Part shown: piece by piece, positions 13,331 to 27,500 of the stretch
How the letters are laid out: every line of letters starts with the position of its first letter
Numbering within the stretch: position 1 is the first letter of the stretch
Assembly: GCA_964016885.1 (NCBI GenBank)
Contig: OZ024740.1
Coordinates: 36,952,001 to 37,016,000 of the forward strand
Reading direction: 5' to 3'
DNA from: Eledone cirrhosa
Taxonomy: Eukaryota
DNA length: 64,000 nucleotides
Made by a program: the position numbers and the translations under genes
Notes under the pieces: model-generated
What the model was told of the DNA's origin: nothing
Database searches by the model: none
Seen by the model: the letters and a program-made list of their open reading frames with translations, nothing else

Positions 13331-14940
13331 CTGTGTTACAGCATTTGTGAACACATCTCTGTATGCCTTAGTTATGTGCAGTGTTGGTTTTGGTGTTGCT
13401 ATTTCTATTGTATTGGTAGCAATCTATGTAATATGTGTGCAGTGTCTAGTAGAGCTATTTTCTATATGCTCTATATGCTTGTATCTCCTGGGGTTTTGGT
13501 TATGTATCTGCCTGTCTGTGTTTTTCACCATTCCCTGACCATATGTTACTATTGGGACTGTTTTTGTTTTCATCATCCACATTCGGTTTATTTCTATTTC
13601 CAGTTCTTTAAATTTGGATAATTTCTCAGTTTCCTTGATGGGGATATTATCATCAGTACTGATATATACATCAATTGGAAGACAGTATCGGTATAGGGTC
13701 GAACTCCATGCTTTGAGGCATAGAGTTACGGCACTTGCCATTCTGAGTTCAAATCCCGCTGAGGTTAAATTTGCCTTTCATCCTTACAGGGTCGATAAAA
13801 TAAAGTACCAGTAATGTACTGGGTAATTGCTGGCCTTGTGCCAAACTTAGAAACAATTATTTTCTTTGTAGTCTGATTATATCTGGTCAGTTGGCTTTGA
13901 CTTCTCTGATGTGCATATTGCCATATCCCAGAGTCTGGTTGCTTTATCATTTTCTGACACCTTTTTCTAGAGTATGTTTGTACCACCTTTTTTCTATTGA
14001 TATTTCATAGGTTTGGGATAACCTCCAGTGTATGTAAATCCCATCTCTATCATGTCTGAATACATTCTTTTTTTACCAAGACTGGGCAACCAGAGGCAAT
14101 ATGATTAATTGGTTCTTCCCTATCACCACATATTCTGCAGTTATTTAATGTGTTCTGTGTCATTATGTATTTTTGGTGGTTTCTAATGAGGAGGCTTTGA
14201 TCTTGTGCTACAATTAGAAATCCTTCAATCTCAGCTTCTAGTCTTGTGCTTTTTAACCAGTTTTGTGAATTATGTCCACTTCCTCCCTATTCAGATGTTT
14301 CATATATTGGCCAATTATGAATAGTTCTTGCCATTGTTTTAACATAGCATTCTGGAGATCTGTTTTAAATTTTTATTTTATCTTTTACACATTTTCTGTT
14401 GTTGTTTCTCCTTTGTTTTGATTTTCCTCATAATTATCTGTCAATTCAGCTTCTGTTTTGAATTTATTAGCTTCCTAGAAAACAATTTTATATTGCGTTT
14501 ATGTTTTATGGCTATTTATATTAACTTTCCGTTACGTTTTATAATATATTTTTGTAGCCTACAGTTGTTATTTTATAATAGTTTTGGAGTTTCATAAAGC
14601 CTGCCTATGTTTATTGTAGATATAATCTTTCTACCTCTGATTTTGAGTGGTGTATTCTATATGCAGTCATTATTTTTCTTCTTCTTTATCTTGTTATGCT
14701 AGTTATTTTAGTACCAGTCCAGAATTTGAAACTAGCTTATTACTGGGATCACCAGTTTATTGGTGCTGATCACCTTTGCATTTATTTCTGTTTTGAGTAG
14801 TAATATAATCCTTTCTAATGTTTCCTTTCATCTATGTGTGATGAAAGCCGACTAGTTCATTTATTCTTACTTATTTGTATGTCCGTGTATGATCTAATTC
14901 ATAGTCAATGTATTTAATCATCAATAGATTTGGTTTGTAG
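13331..14940 (-). mobile_element. Old, heavily decayed R4/Dong fragment D, interrupted by a SINE
   Basis: REL remnants ID...DDNI..KE.EKLSKFKELEIEINRMW..KTKTVPIV at 13550-13685. WYKH...ENDKAT.LWDM...KAN.PDI lies at 13870-13985, with weaker post-RT remnants up to ~14900. Many indels; ends approximate. Confidence 0.7.
13735..13858 (+). mobile_element. 5'-truncated tRNA-derived SINE with Nin/Deu-type core domain
   Basis: B-box-like GAGTTCAAATCC (13745-13756) followed by GCCTTTCATCCTTACAGGGTCGATAAAATAAAGTACCAG, resembling the DeuSINE/Nin core. Recognised from memory as similar to abundant Octopus SINEs; not searched. Confidence 0.75.
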
Positions 14941-15324
14941 AGATGTAATGCTGTAAGCAACAGGAATACAGTGAATTTAACAAGTGTTTCAGTGGCTAAT
15001 ACTGAGAAATTCAATTTGTCCACTGAATAAAGTTTTAGAATAGAACAATGTTTATATGATCATGGACATTAGTGATACAGGTGGAGGAATATATATACAA
15101 TAAAAGAAAATTGGGAAAAGTGTCAAGGAAACCACTACATGGTTGCTTGTTCTGTTGGAAATAGCAGCCTAAATCCCATTAAACCACAGTTTATTATTGT
15201 CTTTGCAACTCACAACCATATAGATTTAGCTAGAATTCTACTATGCTGCATGTGATAGGTGGTTTCCCAGATGTTTCAATGATAGAGGCCCTGATCAATG
15301 CAAAATTAAGCATCTAGGTCGACA

Positions 15325-15382
15325 AAACCAGTCCAGGATTCAAACTCATGACTTCAATATCAGGAATCAACCACACTAATAA
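15325..15382 (-). mobile_element. Possible tRNA-SINE head remnant
   Basis: GGATTCAAACTC at ~15336-15347 is the reverse complement of a B-box-like GAGTTTGAATCC; the rest is too decayed to align by eye. Confidence 0.35.
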
Positions 15383-15541
15383 CTAATCAATAAGTTAGTT
15401 GACTTATCAGAAAAATGTAATTATGGATATTTTGAAAATAACATAAGATAAGATCAGATGTCCATTACTGAAATGTAATATTCCTAGATTTGTTTATCAG
15501 AGCTGACCTGTGGTTAAGCAATACATATTATAGAATTGTAG
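15383..15541 (+). pseudogene. Putative decayed Ty3/gypsy gag-like remnant overlapping the first satellite monomer
   Basis: One frame reads LINKLVDLSEKCNYGYFENNIR*DQMSITEM*YS*ICLSELTCG*AIHIIEL*, resembling the gypsy gag pattern L..LA..C.YG......IRD.....LT...AI.I. Confidence 0.45.
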
Positions 15542-18500
15542 ATCAGAGCTGACCTGTGGTTAAGCAATACATATTATAGAATTGTAGATCAGAGCTGACC
15601 TGTGGTTAAACAATATATATTGTAGAATTGTAGATCAGAATTGACCTGTGGTTAAACAATATATATATATTATAGAATTGTAGATCAGAGCTGACCTGTA
15701 GTTAAACAATATATATTATAGAATTATAGATCAGAGCTGACCTGTGGTTAAACAATATATATTATAGAATTGTAGATCAGAGCTGACCTGTGGTTAAACA
15801 ATATATATTATAGAATTGTAGATCAGAGCTGACCTGTGGTTAAACAATATATATTATAGAATTGTAGAGCAGAGCTGACCTGTGGCTAAACAATATATAT
15901 CAATAGAATTGTAGATCACAGCTGACTTGTGGTTAAACAGTATATATTATAGAATTGTAGATCAGAGCTGACCTGTGGTTAACCAATATATATTATAGAA
16001 TTGTAGATCAGAGCTGACCTGTGGTTAAACAATATATATTGTAGAATTGTAGTTCAGAGCTGACCTGTGGTTAAAGAATATATATTATAGAATTTAAGAT
16101 CAGAGCTGACCTGAGGTTAAACAATATATATTATAGAATTGTAGATCAGAGCTGACCTGTGGTTAAACAATATAAATTATAGAATTGTAGATCAGAGCTG
16201 ACCTGAGGTTAAACAATATATATTATAGAATTGTAGATCAGAGCTGACCTGAGGTTAAACAATATATATTATAGAATCATAGATCAGAGCTGACCTGTGG
16301 TTAAACAATATATATTATAGAATTGTAGATCAGAGCTGACCTGTGGTTAAACAATATATATTATAGAATTGTAGATCAGAGCTGACCTGAGGTTAAACAA
16401 TATATATTATAGAATTGTAGATCAGAGCTGACCTGTGGTTAAACAATATATATTATAGAATTTTTTATCAAAGCTGACCTGTGGTTAAACAATATATATT
16501 ATAGAATTGTATATCAGAGCTGTCCTCTGGTTAAACAATATATATTATAGAATTGTAGATCAGAGCTGACCAGTGGTTAAACAATATATATTATAGAATT
16601 GTAGATCAGAGCTGACCTGAGGTTAAAGAATATATATTATAGAATTGTAGATCAGAGCTGACCTGTGGTTAAACAATATATATTATAGAATTGTAGATCA
16701 GAGCTGACCAGTGGTTAAACAATATATATTATAGAATTGTAGATCAGAGCTGACCTGAGGTTAAACAATATATATTATAGAATTGTAGATCAGAGCTGAC
16801 CTGTGGTTAAACAATATATATTATAGAATTGTAGATCAGAGCCTACCTGTGGTTAAACAATATATATTAAAGAATTGTAGATCAGAGCTGACCTGTGGTT
16901 AAACAATATATATTATAGAATTGTAGATCAGAGCTGAGCTGAGGTTAAACAATATAAATTATAGAATTGTAGATCAGAGCTGACTTGTGGTTAAACAATA
17001 TATATTATAGAATTGTAGATCAGAGCTGTCCTCTGGTTAAACAATATATATTATAGAATTGTAGATCAGAGCTGACCTGTGGTTAAACAATATATATTAT
17101 AGAATTGTAGATCAGAGCTGACCTGTGGTTAAACAATATATATTATAGAATTGTAGATCAGAGCTGTCCTCTGGTTAAAAAATATATATTATAGAATTGT
17201 AGATCAGAGCTGACCTGTGGTTAAACAATATATATTATAGAATTGTAGATCAGAGCTGACCTGTGGTTAAACAATATATATTATAGAATTGTAGATCAGA
17301 GCTGACTTGATGTTAAACAATATATATTATAGAATTGTAGATCAGAGCTGACCTGTGGTTAAACAATATATATAATAGAATTGTAGATGAGAGCTGACCT
17401 GTGGTTAAACAATATATATTGTAGAATAGTAGATCACAGCTGAACTGTGGTTAAACAATATATATTATAGAATTGTAGATCAGAGCTGACCTGTGGTTAA
17501 ACAATATATATTATAGAATTGTAGATCAGAGCTGACCTGTGGTTAAACAATATATATTATAGAATTGTAGATCAGAACTGACCTGTGGTTAAACAATATA
17601 TATTATAGAATTGTAGATCAGAACTGACCTGTGGTTAAACAATATATATAATAGAATTGTAGATCAGAGCTGACCTATGGTTAAACAATATATATTATAG
17701 AATTGTAGATCAGAGCTGACCTGTGGTTAAACAAAATATATTATAGAATTGTAGAGCAGAGCTGACCTGTGGTTAAACAAAATATATTATAGAATTGTAG
17801 AGCAGAGCTGACCTGTGGTTAAACAATATATATTATAGAATTGTAGATCAGAGCTGACCTGCAGTTAAACAATATATATTATAGTATTGTAGATCAGAGC
17901 TGACCTGTGGTTAAACAAAATATATTATAGAATTGTAGATCAGAGCTGGCCTGCGGTTAAACAATATATATTATAGAATTGTAGAGCAGAGCTGACTTGT
18001 GGTTAAACAATATATATTATAGAATTGTAGATCAGAGCTGACCTGTGGTTAACCAATATATATTATAGAATTGTAGATCAGAGCTGACCTGTGGTTAAAC
18101 AATATATATTATAGAATTGTAGTTCAGAGCTGACATGTGGTTAAATAATAAATATTATAGAATTGTAGATCAGAGCTGACCTGTGGTTAAAGAATATATA
18201 TAATAGAATTGAAGATCAGAGCTGACCTGTAGTTAAACAATATATATTATAGAATTGTAGATCAGAGCTGTCCTCTGGTTAAACAATATATATTATAGAA
18301 TTGTAGATCAGAGCTGACCTGTGGTTAAACAATATATATTATAGAATTTTAGATCAGAGCTGACCTGTGGTTAAACAATATATATTATAGAATTTTTTAT
18401 CAGAGCTGACCTATGGTTAAACAATATATATTATAGAATTGTAGATCAGAGCTGACCAGTGGTTAAACAAAATATATTATAGAATTGTAGAGCAGAGCTG

Positions 18501-21500
18501 ACCTGTGGTTAAACAATATATATTATAGAATTGTAGATCAGAGCTGACCTGTGGTTAAACAAAATATATTATAGAATTGTAGAGCACAGCTGACCTGTGG
18601 TTAAACAAAATATATTATAGAATTGTAGAGCAGAGCTGACCTGTGGTTAAACAATATATATTATAGAACTGTAGATCAGAGCAGACCTGCGGTTAAACAA
18701 AATATATTATAGAATTGTAGATCAGAGCTGACTTGTGGTTAAACAATATATATTATAGAATTGTAGCTCAGAGCTGACCTGTGGTTAACCAATATATATT
18801 ATAGAATTTTTTATCAGAGCTGACCTGTGGTTAAACAATATATATTATAGAATTTTAGATCAGAGCTGACCTGTGGTTAAACAATATATATTATAGAATT
18901 GTAGATCAGAGCTGACCTATGGTTAAACAATATATATTATTGAATTGTAGATCAGAGCTGACCAGTGGTTAAACAAAATATATTATAGAATTGTAGAGCA
19001 GAGCTGACCTGTGGTTAAACAAAATATATTATAGAATTGTAGAGCAGAGCTGACCTGTGGTTAAACAATATATATTATAGAATTGTAGATCAGAGCTGAT
19101 CTACGGTTAAACAATATATATTATAGAATTGTAGATCAGAGCTGACCTGTGGTTAAACAAAATATATTATAGAATTGTAGAGCAGAGCTGACCTGTGGTT
19201 AAACAATATATATTATAGAATTGTAGATCAGAGCTGACTTGTGGTTAAACAATATATATTATAGAATTGTAGCTCAGAGCTGACCTGTGGTTAACCAATA
19301 TATATAATAGAATTGTAGATCAGAGCTGACCTGTGGTTAAACAATATATATTATAGAATTGTAGATCAGAGCTGACCTGTGGTTAAAGAATATATATTAT
19401 AGAATTGAAGATCAGAGCTGACCTGAGGTTAAACAATATATATTATAGAATTGTAGATCAGAGCTGACCTGTGGTTAAACAATATATATTATAGAATTGT
19501 AGATCAGAGCTGACCTGTGGTTAAACAATATATATTATAGAATTGTAGATCAGAGCTGACCTGAGGTTAAACAATATAAATTATAGAATTGTAGATCAGA
19601 GCTGACCTGTGGTTAAACAATATATATTATAGAATTGTAGATCAGAGCTGTCCTCTGGTTAAACAATATATATTATAGAATTGTAGATCAGAGCTGACTT
19701 GAGGTTAAACAATATAAATTATAGAATTGTAGATCAGAGCTGACCTGTGGTTAAACAATATATATTATAGAATTATAGATCAGAGCTGTCCTCTGGTTAA
19801 ACAATATATATTATAGAATTGTAGATCAGAGCTGACTTGAGGTTAAACAATATAAATTATAGAATTGTAGATCAGAGCTGACCTGTGGTTAAACAATATA
19901 TATTATAGAATTGTAGATCAGAGCTGTCCTCTGGTTAAACAATATATATTATAGAATTGTAGATCAGAGCTGACTTGAGGTTAAACAATATATATTATAG
20001 AATTGTAGATCAGAGCTGACCTGTGGTTAAAGAATATATATTATAGAATTGAAGATCAGAGCTGACCTGTCGTTAAACAATATATATTATAGAATTGTAG
20101 ATCAGAGCTGACCTGTGGTTAAACAATATAAATTATAGAATTGTAGATCAGAGCTGACATGTGGTTAAATAATAAATATTATAGAATTGTAGATCACAGC
20201 TGACCTGTGGTTAAACAATATATATTATAGAATTGTAGATCAGAGCAGACTTGAGGTTAAACAATATATATTAGAGAATTGTAGATCAGAGCTTACCTCT
20301 GGTTAAATAATATATATTATAGAATAGTAGATCAGAGCTGACCTGTGGTTAAATAATACATATTATAGAATTGTAGATCAGAGCTGACCTGTGGTTAAAC
20401 AATATATATTATAGAATTGTAGATCAGAGCTGACCTGTGGTTAAACAATATATATTATAGAATTGTAGTTCAGAGCTGACCTGTGGTTAACCAATATATA
20501 TTATAGAATTGTAGATCAGAGCTGACCTGTGGTTAAAGAATATATATTATAGAATTGTAGATCAGAGCTGACCTGTGGTTAAACAATATATATTATAGAA
20601 TTTTTTATCAAAGCTGACCTGTGGTTAAACAATATATATTATAGAATTGTAGATCAGAGCTGTCCTCTGGTTAAACAATATATATTATAGAATTGTAGAT
20701 CAGAGCTGACCAGTGGTTAAACAATATATATTATAGAATTGTAGATCAGAGCTGACCTGTGGTTAAACAATATAAATTATAGAATTGTAGATCAGAGCTG
20801 ACCTGAGGTTAAACAATATATATTATAGAATTGTAGATCAGAGCTGACCTGTGGTTAAACAATATAAATTATAGAATTGTAGATCAGAGCTGACCTGAGG
20901 TTAAACAATATATATTATAGAATTGTAGATCAGAGCTGACCTGTGGTTAAACAATATAAATTATAGAATTGTAGATCAGAGCTGTCCTCTGGTTAAACAA
21001 TATATATTATAGAATTGTAGATCAGAGCTGACCAGTGGTTAAACAATATATATTATAGAATTGTAGATCAGAGCTGACCTGTGGTTAAACAATATAAATT
21101 ATAGAATTGTAGATCAGAGCTGTCCTCTGGTTAAAAAATATATATTATAGAATTGTAGATCAGAGCTGACCTGTAGTTAAACAATATAAATTATAGAATT
21201 GTAGATCAGAGCTGACCTGTGGTTAACCAATATATATTATAGAATTGTAGATCAGAGCTGACGTGTGGTTAAACAATATAAATTATAGAATTGTAGATCA
21301 GAGCTGACGTGTGGTTAAACAATATATATTATAGAATTGTAGATCAGAACTGACTTGATGTTAAACAATATATATTATAGAATTGTAGATCAGAGCTGAC
21401 GTGTGGTTAAACAATACATATTATAGAATTGTAGATCAGAGCTGTCCTCTGGTTAAACAATATATATTATAGAATTGTAGATCAGAGCTGTCCTCTGGTT

Positions 21501-24500
21501 AAACAATATATATTATAGAATTGTAGATCAGAGCTGACTTGATGTTAAACAATATATATTATAGAATTGTAGATCAGAGCTGACCTGTGGTTAAACAATA
21601 TATATTATAGAATTGTAGATCAGAGCTGTCCTCTGGTTAAACAATATATATTATAGAATTGTAGATCAGAGCTGTCCTCTGGTTAAACAATATATATTAT
21701 AGAATTGTAGATCAGAGCTGTCCTCTGGTTAAACAATATATATTATAGAATTGTAGATCAGAGCTGACCTGTGGTTAAACAATATATATTATAGAATTGT
21801 AGATCAGAGCTGTCCTCTGGTTAAACAATATATATTATAGAATTGTAGATCAGAGCTGTCCTCTGGTTAAACAATATATATTATAGAATTGTAGATCAGA
21901 GCTGACTTGATGTTAAACAATATATATTATAGAATTGTAGATCAGAGCTGACCTGTGGTTAAACAATATATATAATAGAATTGTAGATCAGAGCTGACCT
22001 GTGGTTAAACAATATATATAATAAAATTGTAGATCAGAGCTGACGTGTGGTTAAACAATATATATTATAGAATTGTAGATCAGAGCTGACTTGATGTTAA
22101 ACAATATATATTATAGAATTGTAGATCAGAGCTGACCTGTGGTTAAACAATATATATAATAGAATTGTAGATCAGAGCTGACCTGTGGTTAAACAATATA
22201 TATTATAGAATTGTAGATCAGAGCTGACTTGATGTTAAACAATATATATTATAGAATTGTAGATCAGAGCTGACTTGATGTTAAACAATATATATTATAG
22301 AATTGTAGATCAGAGCTGACCTGTGGTTAAACAATATATATAATAGAATTGTAGATCAGAGCTGACCTGTGGTTAAACAATATATATTATAGAATTGTAG
22401 ATCAGAGCTGACCTGAGGTTAAACAATATAAATTATAGAATTGTAGATCAGAGCTGACCTGTGGTTAAACAATATATATTATAGAATTGTAGATCAGAGC
22501 TGTCCTCTGGTTAAACAATATATATTATAGAATTGTAGATCAGAGCTGTCCTCTGGTTAAACAATATATATTATAGAATTGTAGATCAGAGCTGTCCTCT
22601 GGTTAAACAATATATATTATAGAATTGTAGATCAGAGCTGTCCTCTGGTTAAACAATATAAATTATAGAATTGTAGATCAGAGCTGACCTGTGGTTAAAT
22701 AATAAATATTATAGAATTGTAGATCACAGCTGACCTGTGGTTAAACAATATATATTATAGAATTGTAGATCAGAGCAGACTTGAGGTTAAACAATATATA
22801 TTAGAGAATTGTAGATCAGAACTGACCTGGGGTTAAACAATATATATTATAGAATTGTAGATCAGAGCTGACCTGTGGTTAAACAATATATATTATAGAA
22901 TTGTAGATCAGAGCTTACCTCTGGTTAAATAATATATATTATAGAATAGTAGATCAGAGCTGACCTGTGGTTAAATAATACATATTATAGAATTGTAGAT
23001 CAGAGCTGACCAGTGGTTAAACAATATATATTATAGAATTGTAGATCAGAGCTGACCTGTGGTTAAACAATATATATTATAGAATTGTAGATCAGAGCTT
23101 ACCTCTGGTTAAATAATATATATTATAGAATAGTAGATCAGAGCTGACCTGTGGTTAAATAATACATATTATAGAATTGTAGATCACAGCTGACCTGTGG
23201 TTAAACAATATATATTATAGAATTGTAGAGCAGAGCTGACCTGTGGTTAAACAATATATATTATAGAATTGTAGATCAGAGCTGACCTGTGGTTAAACAA
23301 TATATATTATAGAATTGTAGATCAGAGCTGACCTGAGGTTAAACAATATATATTATAGAATTGTAGATCAGAGCTGACCTGTGGTTAAACAATATATATT
23401 ATAGAATTTTTTATCAAAGCTGACCTGTGGTTAAACAATATATATTATAGAATTGTAGATCAGAGCTGTCCTCTGGTTAAACAATATATATTATAGAATT
23501 GTAGATCAGAGCTGACCAGTGGTTAAACAATATATATTATAGAATTGTAGATCAGAGCTGACCTGAGGTTAAAGAATATATATTATAGAATTGTAGATCA
23601 GAGCTGACCTGTGGTTAAACAATATATATTATAGAATTGTAGATCAGAGCTGACCAGTGGTTAAACAATATATATTATAGAATTGTAGATCAGAGCTGAC
23701 CTGAGGTTAAACAATATATATTATAGAATTGTAGATCAGAGCTGACCAGTGGTTAAACAATATATATTATAGAATTGTAGATCAGAGCTGACCTGAGGTT
23801 AAACAATATATATTATAGAATTGTAGATCAGAGCTGACCTGAGGTTAAACAATATATATTATAGAATTGTAGATCAGAGCTGACCTGAGGTTAAACAATA
23901 TATATTATAGAATTGTAGATCAGAGCTGACCTGTGGTTAAACAATATATATTATAGAATTGTAGATCAGAGCTGACCTGAGGTTAAACAATATATATTAT
24001 AGAATTGTAGATCAGAGCTGACCTGAGGTTAAACAATATATATTATAGAATTGTAGATCAGAGCTGACCAGTGGTTAAACAATATATATTATAGAATTGT
24101 AGATCAGAGCTGACCTGAGGTTAAACAATATATATTATAGAATTGTAGATCAGAGCTGACCTGTGGTTAAACAATATATATTAAAGAATTGTAGATCAGA
24201 GCTGACCTGTGGTTAAACAATATATATTATAGAATTGTAGATCAGAGCTGACCTGTGGTTAAACAATATATATTAAAGAATTGTAGATCAGAGCTGACCT
24301 GTGGTTAAACAATATATATTAAAGAATTGTAGATCAGAGCTGACCTGTGGTTAAACAATATATATTATAGAATTGTAGATCAGAGCTGACATGTGGTTAA
24401 ACAATATATATAATAGAATTGTAGATCAGAGCTGACCTGTGGTTAAACAATATATATTATAGAATTGTAGATCAGAGCTGACCTGTGGTTAAACAATATA

Positions 24501-27500
24501 AATTATAGAATTGTAGATCAGAGCTGACCTGAGGTTAAACAATATATATTATAGAATTGTAGATCAGAGCTGACCTGTGGTTAAACAATATAAATTATAG
24601 AATTGTAGATCAGAGCTGTCCTCTGGTTAAACAATATATATTATAGAATTGTAGATCAGAGCTGTCCTCTGGTTAAAAAATATATATTATAGAATTGTAG
24701 ATCAGAGCTGACCTGTGGTTAACCAATATATATTATAGAATTGTAGATCAGAGCTGACCTGTGGTTAAACAATATATATTATAGAATTGTAGATCAGAGC
24801 TGACGTGTGGTTAAACAATATATATTATAGAATTGTAGATCAGAGCTGACTTGATGTTAAACAATATATATTATAGAATTGTAGATCAGAGCTGACTTGA
24901 TGTTAAACAATATATATTATAGAATTGTAGATCAGAGCTGACCTGTGGTTAAACAATATATATAATAGAATTGTAGATCAGAGCTGACCTGTGGTTAAAC
25001 AATATATATTATAGAATTGTAGATCAGAGCTGACTTGATGTTAAACAATATATATTATAGAATTGTAGATCAGAGCTGACTTGATGTTAAACAATATATA
25101 TTATAGAATTGTAGATCAGAGCTGACCTGTGGTTAAACAATATATATAATAGAATTGTAGATCAGAGCTGACCTGTGGTTAAACAATATATATTATAGAA
25201 TTGTAGATCAGAGCTGACCTGTGGTTAAACAATATATATTATAGAATTGTAGATCAGAGCTGACTTGATGTTAAACAATATATATTATAGAATTGTAGAT
25301 CAGAGCTGACTTGATGTTAAACAATATATATTATAGAATTGTAGATCAGAGCTGACCTGTGGTTAAACAATATATATAATAGAATTGTAGATGAGAGCTG
25401 ACCTGTGGTTAAACAATATATATTATAGAATAGTAGATCACAGCTGAACTGTGGTTAAACAATATATATTATAGAATTGTAGATCAGAGCTGACCTGTGG
25501 TTAAACAATATATATTATAGAATTGTAGATCAGAGCTGACCTGTGGTTAAACAATATATATTATAGAATTGTAGATCAGAGCTGACCTGTCGTTAAATAA
25601 TATATATTATAGAATTGTAGAGCAGAGCTGACCTGTGGTTAAACTATATATATTATAGAATTGTAGATCAGAGCTGACCTGTGGTTAAACAATATATATT
25701 ATAGAATTGTAGATCAGAGCTGACCTGTGGTTAAATAATAAACATTATAGAATTGTAGATCAGAGCTGACCTGTGGTTAAACAATATATCTTATAGAATT
25801 GTAGATCAGAGCTGACATGTGGTTAAATAATAAACATTATAGAATTGTAGATCAGAGCTGACCTGTGGTTAAACAATATATATTATAGAATTGTAGATCA
25901 GAGCTGACCTATGGTTAAACAATATATATTATAGAATTGTAGATCAGAGCTGACCTGTGGTTAAACAAAATATATTATAGAATTGTAGAGCAGAGCTGAC
26001 CTGTGGTTAAACAAAATATATTATAGAATTGTAGAGCAGAGCTGACCTGTGGTTAAACAATATATATTATAGAATTGTAGATCAGAGCTGACCTGCAGTT
26101 AAACAATATATATTATAGTATTGTAGATCAGAGCTGACCTGTGGTTAAACAAAATATATTATAGAATTGTAGATCAGAGCTGACCTATGGTTAAACAATA
26201 TATATTATAGAATTGTAGATCAGAGCTGACCTGCGGTTAAACAATATATATTATAGAATTGTAGAGCAGAGCTGACCTGTGGTTAAACAATATATATTAT
26301 AGAATTGTAGATCAGAGCTGACCTGTGGTTAACCAATATATATTATAGAATTGTAGATCAGAGCTGACCTGTGGTTAAACAATATATATTATAGAATTGT
26401 AGTTCAGAGCTGACATGTGGTTAAATAATAAATATTATAGAATTGTAGATCAGAGCTGAACTGTGGTTAAACAATATATATTATAGAATTGTAGATCAGA
26501 GCTGACCTGTAGTTAAACAATATATATTATAGAATTGTAGAACAGAGCTAACCTGTGGTTAAACAATATATATTATAGAATTGTAGTTCAGAGCTGACAT
26601 GTGGTTAAATAATAAATATTATAGAATTGTAGATCAGAGCTGACCTGTGGTTAAACAATATATATTATAGAATTGTAGATCAGAGCTGACCTGTGGTTAA
26701 ACAATATATATTATAGAATTGTAGATCAGAGCTGAACTGTGGTTAAACAATATATATTATAGAATTGTAGATCAGAGCTGACCTGTAGTTAAACAATATA
26801 TATTATAGAATTGTAGATCAGAGCTGTCCTCTGGTTAAACAATATATATTATAGAATTGTAGATCAGAGCTAACCAGTGGTTAAACAATATATATTATAG
26901 AATTGTAGATCAGAGCTGTCCTCTGGTTAAACAATATATATTATAGAATTGTAGATCAGAGCTGACCAGTGGTTAAAAAATATATATTATAGAATTGTAG
27001 ATCAGAGCTGACCTGAGGTTAAAGAATATATATTATAGAACTGTAGATCAGAGCTGACCTGTGGTTAAACAATATATATTATAGAATTGTAGATCAGAGC
27101 TGACCAGTGGTTAAACAATATATATTATAGAATTGTAGATGAGAGCTGACCTGAGGTTAAACAATATATATTATAGAATTGTAGATCAGAGCTGACCTGT
27201 GGTTAAACAATATATATTATAGAATTGTAGATCAGAGCTGACCTGTGGTTAAACAATATATATTATAGAATTGTAGATCAGAGCTGAACTGTGGTTAAAC
27301 AATATATATTATAGAATTGTAGATCAGAGCTGACCTGAGGTTAAACAATCTATATTATAGAATTGTAGATCAGAGCTGACCTGTGGTTAAACAATATATA
27401 TTATAGAATTTTTTATCAAAGCTGACCTGTGGTTAAACAATATATATTATAGAATTGTAGATCAGAGCTGTCCTCTGGTTAAACAATATATATTATAGAA

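Noticed and set aside
13745-13756. tRNA gene
   Set aside because: Only a B-box-like motif is present, with no cloverleaf; it is the head of a SINE.
14940-15325. Host gene exon or promoter in the AT-rich spacer
   Set aside because: No ORF or convincing signals; it probably includes further decayed repeat fragments that I cannot assign.
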